Shown here one piece after another: positions 51,703 to 64,000 of a stretch of DNA of 64,000 bases (position 1 is the first letter of the stretch; each line of letters starts with the position of its first letter). The translations under genes were made by a program, and so were the position numbers. Source of the DNA: Haliotis cracherodii (Eukaryota); NCBI RefSeq assembly GCF_022045235.1, contig NW_027266266.1, forward strand, positions 16,554,001 to 16,618,000, written 5' to 3'. The notes below the pieces were generated by a model that was not told the origin of the DNA, ran no database searches, and worked only from the letters and a program-made list of their open reading frames with translations.

Positions 51703-54700
51703 CACCATGTTACATACATGACAAGTGTGTGTATCAACATACATTGCTCTGAAGTAAAACTTCGTTTGTTCAAACTGTTGTTAACAAATATGGTTCACAC
51801 ATTATCAGGAGTAAATATCTAATCAAGTTATAACCACCCTGCGTTCACTATGTAAATTTCCAAATATTCAGATTTTATGTTTATTAACGTTTCAGGCTAC
51901 GTACTTATACGTGAAGACGATATAGAAACAATAATGGCGTTACATAATCGTTTCACTTTCCTTGTGAAAATGACCCTTTCCATATTAAGAAATCTCTACC
52001 AACAGCAGAGTTCATAGGCTCCATCAAAGGAAATCTCAAAGGCAAAATAACGGTGAAAATAAAATGAATGGATCACTGAAAATCAGTGATGACATCAGAT
52101 GCTCGCGAAAAGGAGCATCATGTCCTGCCCTATCATGTCAAATCTATATCTCAAGTATATTTTGTATTCACACCACGACGTCAACTGACGTAAGTAAAGA
52201 TAGGGGGTATCTGGAAAGTTTATCTGGAAAGTTTATTGTTGTCGACAGGACGCAAAAAAAAGCTGTTCGAGCACCTACATACGTTACATGTGACACCATC
52301 TTACATGAAGGTAGATATGAGAGATGAGGGAGAGGTCAAGAATAGTAGCTAGGCTACACTGGAACGGAGGGGTCCTACATAGGACCATCATTCACATGAT
52401 TCTGAAACAATCTAACCTACATTACCTAAGTATGTAGCCTCTGTCATAAGCACCCATCTTTACTGTAATGTGTGTGCGACAATGTTATGTGGCCTCATTT
52501 CAAGGACTTAATAAACATTTGAAAACATTTATAATTTTAAATAAAAACATGGTCTACGCATTCCTACTAGACTATGAAACAGTATATACAATAAGAACAT
52601 CATGCACGAAAGATGCGTTCTTCAGCAAGTGAGCATGGTATGCCTTATCAATACACTGGAAGCTTTGAAAGTAAGTACGTGAGTTTGGTTTAACGTCACT
52701 TTCATCAGTATATCAAGGGCATATTAGCTTGAGATGGGAGGAAGTCTTAGACGTGACCATTGTGGTGAAAATCACGAGCACGGCCCCGTGAAGATCCTGC
52801 CCAGAACCATTCTTGTCGTATTAGGCGACTAACGTTATCGTGTGGTCAGGTTCGCAGACTTTGTTGATGCATGTCATCGAATCCCAATTGCGTAGATCGA
52901 TGCTCATGATGACAAGCAACATCGTATTTACCAACCGCCGTAGTATAGCTGGAATATTGCTGAATAAAGAATACGATACAAGCAAACAAACACGAGCATG
53001 AGTATGATGTTAGAAACGTTATCGTGGCTAAGGGACACATCTCAGGACTACGAATTGCTGCCTTAGACGTCCGGGCCACCGTTCCCCTTGAACAACCCGA
53101 ACAATGAGTTGTATCATACAGTCGTGTGGAGAGTTTTTGTGACTCTGAATCGTTATGCACAGACCTAACTGTGAAATAGATCAGACGGTTTCACGGGTAT
53201 ACTTAATTCTAGTTCAGGTGGGTAAATCAGTGGAAGGGAATTGGCTATTTGATAGTTATTGAACGAAAACAGATTATCAATATATCTGAAACCTCAGTTG
53301 TACCTCTTGGCCAGATTACCTTGTAAGTACCTTTGCAAGTCCGAGCAGAAATTCCGCATAATGAAACATATCAGCAAGAAGGGGATCACAATTTGTTTCC
53401 ACAATGTTTTACATAGATGTTATCAATTATAATGAAGTGCAGCATTTCACATAGTATTTTCTCATTAAACATCAGCTGGCATTTGATTTCATTTTTGACA
53501 AATTATCCTAAACTTCTGAAGATAGTTATGTAGCTATATTAATATAAATATGCATTCCAAAATATTCAAGAGCAGAATGGTTTTCCAAGAACATTCCAAA
53601 TGGGATATACTTCTTTTGATTGCGCAGTCTTAGGTTGTCTGATAATGCCCGTGTTTTTGTATAGCCCAAAGTTTGAAAACAATGAGCATTTCTGATTAAA
53701 TGCAATGTTTTTTATACTTATCTGACGCTAGTGTGTAGCGTCAGGTAAGGTAAAACATGCTTTTCGTTTGTTTGTCTGCCTGTCTGTCTATCTGTTTGTT
53801 TTGGGAGGGGATTCCCGCCTTGAATAAGTTGAAAAGTTTGGAATGAAGTGTTTTGTTCAGTGGTAGCTTCAGTGTTTTGATCAAGATCACTCTACAGAAA
53901 GCGCAAGAGTGTGTGGTTGGGTGCTGCTTCATGCCTTAGCAAGCTTTTACCCAGGTGATCACGGCAACCTGTACACAATCCAGTGTGGGTCAGGCAAACC
54001 AGTGGTTGATGTTATGCGCACCGACTCATTCAGTCAGTGTACGACAACACGCTGACAACCAAGTGACCCAGTCTGGCTTATTGACTAATGATTCCATTTC
54101 GTCACCTCCAACGATAAGCAAAGCTGCTGACCTATTCCGACCCGGATAAGCGCGGACAGAAGACGCCAGTAAATATTATTATTGGCTTCCTGGGGAGTAT
54201 ACAAGGCGCTTGAAAACTGACATTCATTACTATCTCATCCTGCTGGATACCCATTTCCTCTGGGTGAACAGAGGCATATTACGAACAAAGTCACCAGTCT
54301 GAGGAGACACATGTAATATGTGTTTCAGTGTGGGGCACCACAGAAGCCAAATAGACTCTCAGAAGTCAAGCCCCAAGTCGGTCCCAATCCAACTACTCCC
54401 CGTGACGATCTCATCCTACAGGATACGAAGTACTCTGGATAAACAGGCATAGTTCGGTACACCAATCTGAGAGGACAAATATAACACGTGCTTCAATGTG
54501 GGAAAGGCCGGAGTGAGTGAGTATGGTTTTACGCCGCTTTTAGCAATATTCCAGCAATATCACGGCGGGGGACACCAAAAATGAGCTTCACACATTGTAC
54601 CCATGTCTCGAACCCGGGTCTTTCACACAGACGAGGTGAAAGTGAACGAATATTGTACGGTAGCTTCGAGCACTTTCATAATAGACTTGTAGTTAGTTTG

Positions 54701-55699
54701 CTCGTATAGTCACGGGTTTAAATCAATTCCTCAAAGATTTATAAAATTCATGAGAGTACAGACCTTTTGCAGAATCGATATGTAATAAACCATTCAACCT
54801 TGTAAATAGTGCGTATATATTATAAGTTGATTTTTAAAATTAAAATTATCATGTATCATGTATCATTTTCAAATGAAACTAGGCGACCGGATATATTCAT
54901 TATGGAATATTATTATTGGTACGATGTGGATCCAATAAATTCGGCTACACAGTTAAAACGTTTTGAAACAAAATGAGGTTCACTCTACATAGGGGTATAC
55001 ACATGTGGGTACGTATGATCACATTCCAGTCGAAATCGTATACAAATCATAAATATGTTCATGTTTGTGAAAGTCAAGCCAAGATAAAAATTTAACAACC
55101 AGTGTTTATACATAAACAATACTGATTTATTCCATTCATTACATAAATACGGCCATACACATAAGAATCTTTTACAATCCTTCATTATTCTTGAACAAAG
55201 GTATTTACAGTAAGTGAAAGTCTCTTCACAAAGTTATACAGCACTACCCATCTGTATTATTTGCATCTCAAAATATATACATGCACATATATTTATATAT
55301 AATTTCATATACATGCTCTATATACATATATATAAGTACTGCATAAATATTTAAAGTATTATGTTAACATTAATGCTATCGTAAAAACAAATGTGGATAC
55401 CTAACAAACTTAGTGTTTATCACATCTACAAATAGTATGTACTTATATTTTACCTATAGTTTATGTAAGATTGCTGGATGTGTTTCCATGGCAACTTGAG
55501 GTCCGGTGCAGATCTGGGCCCAAGTATGATTTGTTAAATGCTGACTAAAGTGGATCGGGTGGTCCGACTCGACCGTTGCTCATGTGTTCAGTAACTGTTT
55601 TCCTGGCCTAGCCACCACCGCTTTATAGCAGGATTATTACTGGGTTTCGTTCACTTCCTTACACACTGCAGAATAGGTCTCAAAAATGTATACTATTAT

Positions 55700-56341
55700 T
55701 AGGGAAACTTTTGTATTCGGGTGAGTGGGTGTGGTAAGAGAGGGAAGGGGGGAGGGGTTGTGATTTTGTTCGGAGGCTAAATATTTATTTGTCTACAGGT
55801 GTAAAACAAGATATATTTTTAATGAAATCTATGAGCCTAACTTCTTATTTTTTCGGCTACAGGTGTAAAATCAGATATATTTTTAATGAAAACTATGAGC
55901 CTAACTTCTTATTTATTCGGCTACAGGTGCAAAACAAGATATATTTTTAATAAAAACTATGAGCCTAACTTCTTATTTTTTCGGCTACAGGTGTAAAATC
56001 AGATATATTTTTAATAAAAACTATGAGCCTAACTTCTTATTTTTTCGGCTACAGGTGTAAAACAAGATATATTTTTAATAAAAACTATGAGCCTAACTTC
56101 TTATTTTTTCGGCTACAGGTGCAAAACAAGATATATTTTTAATAAAAACTATGAGCCTAACTTCTTATTTTTTCGGCTACAGGTGTAAAATCAGATATAT
56201 TTTTAATGAAAACTATGAGCCTAACTTCTTATTTATTCGGCCACAGGTGCAAAAGCAGATATATTTTTGATATATATATTTTTAACTATGAACCAAAGCC
56301 AAGGCCCCGTACCCACTGAATTATCAAATAGTCGGTCGCTA
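55700..56341. repeat. Insertion carrying a ~61-bp minisatellite x ~8 (CGGCTACAGGTGTAAAA..CTATGAGCCTAACTTCTTATTT), MITE-like
   Basis: Tandem units at 55790-56270. The end ATCAAATAGTCGGTCGCTAA resembles the reverse complement of ttaagggaccgaccgtctgat at 27627. Absent from the duplicated segment near 44610-44690. Confidence 0.8.
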
Positions 56342-56488
56342 AGAATTCAGTGCAATTGTTTATAATTTACTGATTCTCTGAATCGTACTTTTATCCACGA
56401 AGGTATATGATTACGGAAATTCCAAGTAATGTTGGATGCGTCCTGAGAGAAATATAAAACTTTGAGCAAAGGGTCAATGTACATATGA

Positions 56489-58288
56489 TTAGTGCCTCCA
56501 TATAGTTGTCCACAGCAATAACAGGGCACATACGATGGAGCCAATATAGTCAGTCCTGCTTGCTGTTGTTGCCCTGGAAAAAAGAATGAAATATTATTAA
56601 TCAAACGATTATGCATGTTAATTATGTGAATAGTTTGCTTATGGTTATTTAGCATCGTGAGAATTAACAAGCAGAATGTAGCGCCACCCACGTGTTTTTC
56701 TTTTGGGTGGTTATATGAATTAGAGTTAGAAATTAAATTAGAAATTGGAATACTGTCAGTAAAGACCAAGGTACATCCTTATTGGCCGACTATTGGTCGG
56801 GTAATAAGAAGAAGAAGCAGAAGAATTCAATTTACAATGCGCAAAATAGCACTCAGGTGAATAGCCATCGAGCAGCATTGTTATTACCTTGGTGTAATAA
56901 TAATAAAAATAATAATAACAAAAACAACAATAATAATAACCGTCAATGTGTGATTTTGCATCAAAATGTAAATATGAAATGTAGACTATGTAATGAATTT
57001 AATGAGACTGTCCAACAACACATTGATGCCCAGCCTTGGCACAAACAGTATCTTAAGCGACAAGATGGAGTGACTCGATCTTTTTATTACCGTCTTCGGC
57101 ATGCTTGTAGGTTTGACTCAGAGGTCCGTCCATGGTCGGACCCAGAATATGTAGAGAGGGTCGTCAAAAATGATCAAATACAAAATTCTTCGGAATAGGC
57201 CCGTTTACAGCCTCAGGCCTTTCCAGGCCAACAAACCTTATCGTGTCCTTTTTTATAAATCCAATGAAATCATTTATATCATTAAATTTTCTGTCCCTTT
57301 TGACACTTATATGATTGACAAGATTCAGGAAAAACATGGCAAATATGCGGACCTCGCTTTCGAAATGTCACGCTTGCCTCCCAAGTATATAGTGGTCCTA
57401 CTCCCCATTGTTCTCAATGCCTTAGGCTTGGCACCTCCCAATCTGTTGACTGACATTGGGAGAGTACCCGGCTTTTCTACCAGGAATACAGCCCTGCTGA
57501 CAATATGGGTCATGTAGAAAACTGCAGTGTTGGGGAGTCTTCACATTCTTCGAAAAGTTATCGGTGTATTCGACAAGGCAGCGCTTCCTGGGAGGCGTAG
57601 AGGGGACAGGGGCCCTGCGCTGATGATGAGGCTGACAAGTCTGACTGTGCCAGGATCACCCAAACCCTCTTTGCTGCATTTATTTATATTAATCTGTATA
57701 TAATAATTAACTTAAATGAATGCTCACGACGTCACATAAGGGTGCACTCGATTTTAATTCTCCGGTACCAGAAGGTTAACAATGATTTCGTTTCAAATTC
57801 GTTATCAAATAGTTAGTTACGTATTAGGCGTAGGGTGTTTACATGTTAACTTACGTGTTCGGACAAGACTGGAATATCCACTCGGGTACCCCCTTCTTTG
57901 GATATCCACTCCTGGCAGTTCGTGCGTTCAACCTCACGTGACTGAAATGATATCATAACAGTATAACAGACGCCATTACACTGTCTGCGCTTCTAAAGAT
58001 TACCATATTCTATTAAACCGTCGATCTACATGGACACGTAATGTGAAAGGTGACTGTCGAGATGATATCCCTGAGTCGGCAGCTGACTCACCCACATGTG
58101 ATTCAGTACCTTCAAATCTACATGTACATGAACAGCATAGTTTCGAAAATTTAAAACGTTAACGCCAGAGAATAACTCGACTTTATGACGAAACAGATTC
58201 CATTGGGAGTGAAAGGCAGTATTATCGGTGAAAATTATATGAATGAATCACTGAAAATCAGCGATGGGACCAGGTGTTAGCGAAAAGG

Positions 58289-58341
<53 letters not shown>

Positions 58342-61300
58342 GTTTTCCATTGAGATTAAGAATCTCCAACAATCGGATTAAGTACATCGTTGTATATACG
58401 CCAACATTGATTTCTGATCAACACATTTTGCACGGGAGGAAATAATAACGTGCACTACGGCCAATGAGTAAATGAAATCAACACAACTCTTTCCATAATC
58501 ATAGGCTATATCTGCTAAAAGCAGAGTCCATTGAACGATTCTGACTTCATCATGAGCATGTGTTTATGAATCACTATCAAATAGTGATGATACCAGGTGT
58601 TCGCGAAAGGGCGCGCGTATCCTGGTCCACCGGTGACATCTGTCACAAACACATGCAAAAGCAAGTATAAATTGTTTAAACATCAAGGCTTAAATGGATT
58701 GCTTTTGTAAATGGACCCGTGAAGATTCCAGATTGAAATACGTCCACGACAATATTTTACTGGTCGTAAGTCGTAAGTGGCAAGGTTCTGTGACTTGGTT
58801 GTTAGCGTGTCATCGTACCCTAGCGGCGTGGATCGTTGCTCATAATATCAATCACTGGATTGTCCGCTATCCAACCACTTTCCCTTCTCACCCTGTTCTG
58901 ATTTTGGCCAGGGTTCTCGTCTGTAGTACCGTGTATGAACGAGATCCCTTCAGTCGAATACCAACGTCCAGACATAAACAGAAAACATACACCAGACCAT
59001 TGTATACTGGTCGTGTTTAACTATTGAGGAACAACCCGTGTCATATTGTCGAGTTATAGAAGTATTCGACTGTGCTCACTAGTGGGAACAATCTCCAATT
59101 ACACTCATGATAATATTAATACGTGACTGATATCGAGTGAAGAACCTCTAAAGCAGTTCGAGCGTATTAATGAAGACAACATTGGTAACAACATTTTTAT
59201 GTTCGCAACGACGTTTCGGGTTACATCTTACCTCCTCATAGCATGTACCGAACACAAAAAGTTAAGGAAAATGAATATTTTGGGGGATAAGTTTGGGAAA
59301 TTGTGTATTTCACAAGAAATATTCCCAAATATATTCATGATCCCTAACGTTTTTGTGCAGTATATATCACAAGCATTCAACTATTAGGGGCAAGAAACGT
59401 CGTAGCAAACAATAAAGACGTTCATGGCAAAAGCCTCTTGAAGTACATGTACCTCACTACATGTAGGTCGAGAAACCACACATGGAAGAAAAGAGACAGA
59501 AAGACATATCATAATCTAGAAAGAGGGAAAACCTTGCAAACGTACTTATCGTTGTGTATAAAATATACGTCCCCGTCAGTATATTTTGTGACAAGAGGAT
59601 ATTTGGAAGGATTGTGAGACCAGAAACCTTGAAAGTCCAATCCCTTTGGACGTACCACGTTGTACTGGGTCTCGTCCCAGATCCACCATTTTGATCGCTG
59701 AAAGGGGAAACAACTCTTGCTGCATTATAGTTGTTCATTGACATTTTGTAGTTTCTGGAAACACATTTCATGCGAAATCTGGTATATCATGAAACTACTA
59801 GCTAGCAGCTTTAGAATAAGTTTCGGGACTAGAGTAACAACCTCTTCATAGTGAGAGTGAGTATGGTTTTACGCCGCTTTCAGCAATATTCCAGCAATAT
59901 CACGGCGGGGGACATCAGAAATAGGCTTCACACATAGTACCCAAGTCGGGAATCGAACCCGGGTCTTCGGCGTGATCAGCGAACGCTATAACCACTAGGC
60001 TACCCAACCGCCGCCAACCTCTTGATAATAACAATAACCCAACAATGGTTTTCTTATCTATATCTCGGTGCTAGGTAGTAAGACACATAAAAAATACAAT
60101 GGTCAGTAAAACTAGAATGGGAGACAACCCTTCCTGGACTCTACGCATACTCTGGCCCAGTCCATATAATACCAGTGGCGAATGGGTCGGGGTAGCTATA
60201 ATAATAAAATGAAACATAAGACACTGGATCGAGCATCGCTGCTAAGATGCAGAGTGGTGGTCTCACCCCAAACATGAATATGGAGGGAAGGCCATTTTCA
60301 GCTACCGCTACAGCTGAGATCGGTGGTTCTGGCAGTTGGCCGACATTAAAGCCCTTTGGGTAGTCCCTGTCGAGGGTATATCCTGTAAACCGCCAAACGC
60401 TAGGACCTGAAACCAAGGTAAATATATTGTAGAAATAGTATTTCATTTCAATTTTAGTCTAGTTTAAAATTCTCTGTTTGAATCAGTTGAACTTGCCTCA
60501 AATTTGTTCCCAATTTCGTCTTATTATAACATCTCTAATGATTTTATATCAGTGTTTAAATTGAGTTTCTATGATTTGTTTGTTTGTTGTTTAACGCCGC
60601 ACTCAGCAATATTCCAACTACATGACGGCGGTCTGCAAATAATCGAGTCTGGACCAGACAATCCAGTGATTGACATCATGGACATCGATCGATGACATGC
60701 ATCAGCCACCCGATCCCGTTTGTCTCCTCTCTATCGACAAGCATGAGTTTCTGTGAATAAACGTTGTCATGTTACTTTCAAGGTCATACGGTCACTATAG
60801 TAATTACCGGTGTTTTGTCTTAAATGGGTCATCGTAGTTATCCTAGTATGTGTAAACCTTCACAAGCAGCTCTTGGCATCCCAGGTAGTGTTATCTCTGG
60901 TCATCTCAAGTATTGTTATATCTGCTGGGGTATTATCTTATCTCACTAATTCCGTGACGAACTATTACTCTATTACATGGACATAGCATATGAATTTATC
61001 TATTTCGTAAACTGCTTATATTATATATGTTACCTCTTTACTCGATTCGATTCCAAGGTATAAAATCAAATCACAAAGTATCAAATCACAAATCAAACTA
61101 CCTATGATCGAATGCACAGAAGTAACTGTTAACTGAATGTCACGTAAATAACGCATACTATTTAAAACAGGATGTCTCTAGAATTATTTTGAAGGGAATA
61201 AGATCATATCTTGAGTTTGCATTATGGGAAATGTTTTCATAAGGAAAATAGTATTCAAAAGACATAATATAATCTACATGTACCATTGTCATAGCTTGAT

Positions 61301-63697
61301 AGCCTAATACAGCAATTCTGGCACAGATTCACGGACTATTTGACTGTTCGAACCTAATCCTATATTCATACAACAAACACCTAACACTGTGTGTGTACTT
61401 TAACATACCATTGTCATAGCTTGACAGCCAATACAGCAATTCTGGCACAGATGCTCGGACTATTTGACTGTTCGAACCTAAACCTATATTCATACAACAA
61501 ACACCTAACACTGTGTGTGTACTTTAACAAAACGGATGAGACTCAGTGTGAATGGTATTACGCCATTTTTAACAATATTTACATATTACCCATTTGACGA
61601 CTAAGCGCTTTAAATGCCGAACACCTGACAGCGTAACAAGTACAATTTCATAACGTCTTTTGATATGAAGCGGCCAGGAGATTTTAAATAATGGTAATAC
61701 GGGGGGTGATGAATGTGACACTCACCCATAAACATGTAGGTCTTTGTTCGTGTGTTTTGGTTCATCGTGAAAGCAAAATCCACCTCCACGGGTGCTCCAG
61801 GGAACACAGTCTGAAGCCTCTGTGGGATACCGTGAGCATACTGCCCGTCGTTGATTGCATATGCTAGGTCCATGTAGATCCCATATGCCTTTCTGTCAGT
61901 ACCTGTGTGAGAAGTTATTTCAATTATTGTGGCACAGGAGACATACCATGAGGGCGACACTGGAAGCATAACATTAGAATGACAATGGAAACGTACCAAG
62001 AAGGTAACACTGGCGACAAACCAAGAGAGTGTGCAATTCGCGGTGCAGTGTGCATAGTTTGGACGTGCAAGAATATGATGATCATGGGTTCGAACGACAG
62101 ATTCTTAATTATTATGATTCTTCGTTTGCCTCCACAATGTCTAAGGCCTTCAGACTTTGGGCTTTCCTCCCGAAGCTGATCACTGGAATACCTTTCATAA
62201 CAGCGTAACACCAGTTTGTTTGTTTGTTGCTTAACGCCACACTCAGCAAAATTCCAGCTGGTCAGCAATATTCCAGCTTTATCACGGCGGTCTGTTAATA
62301 ATGGTCTGGGCAAGACAATCCAATGATTGACGTCATGAACATCGATCCACGCAATTGGGATAAGATGACATGCGTCAACCAAGTCTGCGGGCCTGACCAT
62401 CCGATCTCTTTAGTCGCCTCTTACGACAAGCATAGTCGCCTTTTACGGAAAGCATGGTTGCTGAAGACCTATTCTTACCCCGGATCTTCATAGCGTTACG
62501 CCAAACTAACTCTCTAAGTTAAGACATACCCCACACAACAGCCTGGAAGAGACTGTTACACGTTGGAACTGTGGGAGCTCGTGTTGGTACGAAACCTCCT
62601 AGCGTTGGAAACCATCCATCTGGCTTTCCTGTACCAAACATAAATAAAACTCTCAAACATGTTAAGCTCAAGCCACACATTAACCATTGATAGGGTTACA
62701 TTGAACTCTGAATATGCTTTATGGATATAAACTGTCTGGCTAAAGAAAGTATACACTTCAAAACTGTCATATTGCGAACACTGTGTATTAATACGTCATG
62801 TGCACGTCATCTGCACTCACTGCACTAGTGAGATACTCATTGGTATGATGCAGGTAATATCGCCCGTGACATCCGTATCAAATACATCAATATGGGATAA
62901 ACTTTTCTTGTTTGTTTCAAATTAGCCACCATTAAACATAGGTGTAGATGTCCACTATTGATTCTTATATTCAAGCAAGTTAGTGAAGTATCAAAGGTAA
63001 ATCAACTAAAAGGTTTCAAATACAGTTGAGACCAACCATGAGATAAAGGACCTTATTGGTGACAATCACATTTTTAAAATAATTATACTTCAAAACTATA
63101 AACTATAAAATAATTATATTTTAAAACTACAGCCTCTTCGGAACACAAAAATACAATTCACAACCTTCAATTTATATTATTACAGAGATATATGACATCA
63201 CACATGGTGATCTTCACTGAGGTAAGTTGACGTCACAACACTTTATGACGTCATAGCACAGTTGTACTCTAGCACCCATAAGGTACCTTTTCTCCTGATT
63301 GGTCACGCGTATTTAACAAAGTCACACACAGAAGCATCCGTATCAAATTCGTTGCCTTATATAACATCAAAATATGTATCAAGAGGCAATTAAATCTATT
63401 TATGGCATTAGTCCCATATACACACACCGTATAAAAATTGTATGGCATCGATGTCGTCATCAGAGAGGTCGTATGTTCTCTTGACGCCTGTGTAGTAAGC
63501 GCTCATAAGTGCCCCATCAACGTTTGAGTGCTGCAACCCAAGCGAATGGCCAAACTCGTGCGCAGCAACTTTCTCTAAGTACTTCCTTTCCCAGTCTTTG
63601 TTGTCAACGTCAATCGTCCACAGCTCATCGTTGTCAAAGTGGGCGTCTCCAGACAATCCTCCACTTCCGGGAGGAAAGGCGTGAGCAAGCACATTGC
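56489..63697 (-). CDS. Matrix metalloproteinase (M10A), 3' part; exons 63697-63428, 62628-62530, 61902-61726, 60406-60267, 59697-59546, 57941-57855, 56573-56489
   Basis: Catalytic exon: LAHAFPPG..GDAHFD, zinc motif HEFGHSLGLQH, Met-turn ALM, DDIDAIQFLYG. Pro/Thr hinge to TCNSLFQAV, hemopexin-type exons (YMFMG|PSVWRF..DYPK; FMFG|RSKWW; GYPK..W..SC), then a hydrophobic tail and stop. All seven exons join in frame at GT-AG sites. The N-terminal exons lie beyond the window. Confidence 0.9.
56950..57680 (+). mobile_element. 5'-truncated R4/Dong-like non-LTR retrotransposon (RLE-type 3' end) in the last MMP intron
   Basis: CRLC..ETVQ(Q)HI zinc knuckle, Y.KRQD, ANKP..IIKFSVPFD..EKHGKYADLAFE..PIVL.ALG and KTAVLGSLHILRKV. 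Preceded by an (AAT/AAC)n tract. Confidence 0.78.
58150..58670 (+). repeat. Unclassified dispersed repeat family E (AACAGATTCCATTGG..ATGAATGGATCACTGAAAATCAGTGATGATACCAGGTGTTCGCGAAAAGGG and CATGAGCATGTGTTTATGAATCACT modules)
   Basis: Fragments also near 10430-10590, 16540-16700, 21280-21420, 40560-40990, 45190-45300, 46200-46310, 46690-47140, 47520-48160 and 51970-52130. Includes (TAT)n at 58290-58340. Confidence 0.65.
59851..60015 (-). mobile_element. SINE family B in an MMP intron
   Basis: Near-identical to 10124-10286; flanked by aacctctt repeats. Confidence 0.8.
61281..61528. repeat. ~125-bp direct tandem duplication (x2), intronic
   Basis: taccattgtcatagcttga...aacactgtgtgtgtactttaaca occurs twice. 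Confidence 0.85.
62214..62490 (-). mobile_element. SINE-like repeat family C in an MMP intron
   Basis: Matches 11097-11349. Confidence 0.72.
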
Positions 63698-64000
63698 CTA
63701 ATAAACATAGAATTGACACGTGATGTTGTAATTAGGTCAGTAACATGTATGCCGTTACCAAGTGATTTACGCTGCAGTATTCCAATTATATAACGGCGTG
63801 TCAGCTTGATGTGAGAGGAAAGCCCAAAGTGATGTTGGTCTGAGACGTTTACCACTTTGGTGAAATCTCCGAGCACGGGCATGGTGCTGACAAATCTAGA
63901 AACATAACCGGGATTCGAACAAATAAAAGCGACAAAACCCTTTCCATTTTCATCAGACATCTCTGCCAAAAGCAGAGTCAATTGTACGATTCCGACTATG

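Noticed and set aside
55790-56270. Regular repeat array superficially like CRISPR
   Set aside because: Whole units repeat with no unique spacers, there are no cas genes, and the context is eukaryotic.
58860-59020. Possible extra MMP exon (minus-strand open stretch LNTTSIQWSG...)
   Set aside because: No hemopexin similarity, and exon 59546 already splices in frame to 57941.

Overview
AT-rich, repeat-dense animal genomic DNA with spliceosomal introns and one assembly gap (25577-25719). The SINE repertoire suggests a mollusc, possibly an abalone-like gastropod; this is inference only. The main content is a tandem cluster of six UNC-93/UNC93A-like MFS membrane-protein genes (orientation -,+,+,-,+,+). 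Five are complete and share the same three-coding-exon layout (846 nt / 268 nt / 266-329 nt). One is cut by the window start, and there is also a decayed 5' relic. The right end holds seven exons of a minus-strand matrix metalloproteinase (HEFGHSLGLQH, hemopexin domain, hydrophobic GPI-signal-like tail). A ~10-11 kb tandem duplication produced UNC93 copies 5 and 6 and left a pseudogenised copy of the last two MMP exons. Mobile DNA includes a near-intact Tc1 (DD34E) element with one nonsense mutation and a decayed Academ-like transposon whose subterminal repeats carry divergent CTCF-like/YY1-like motif pairs. It also includes Penelope-like fragments (one followed by a type I hammerhead ribozyme), an R4/Dong-like fragment, a Harbinger-type MITE, several SINE families and minisatellites. 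All coordinates were read by eye; repeat boundaries are approximate.
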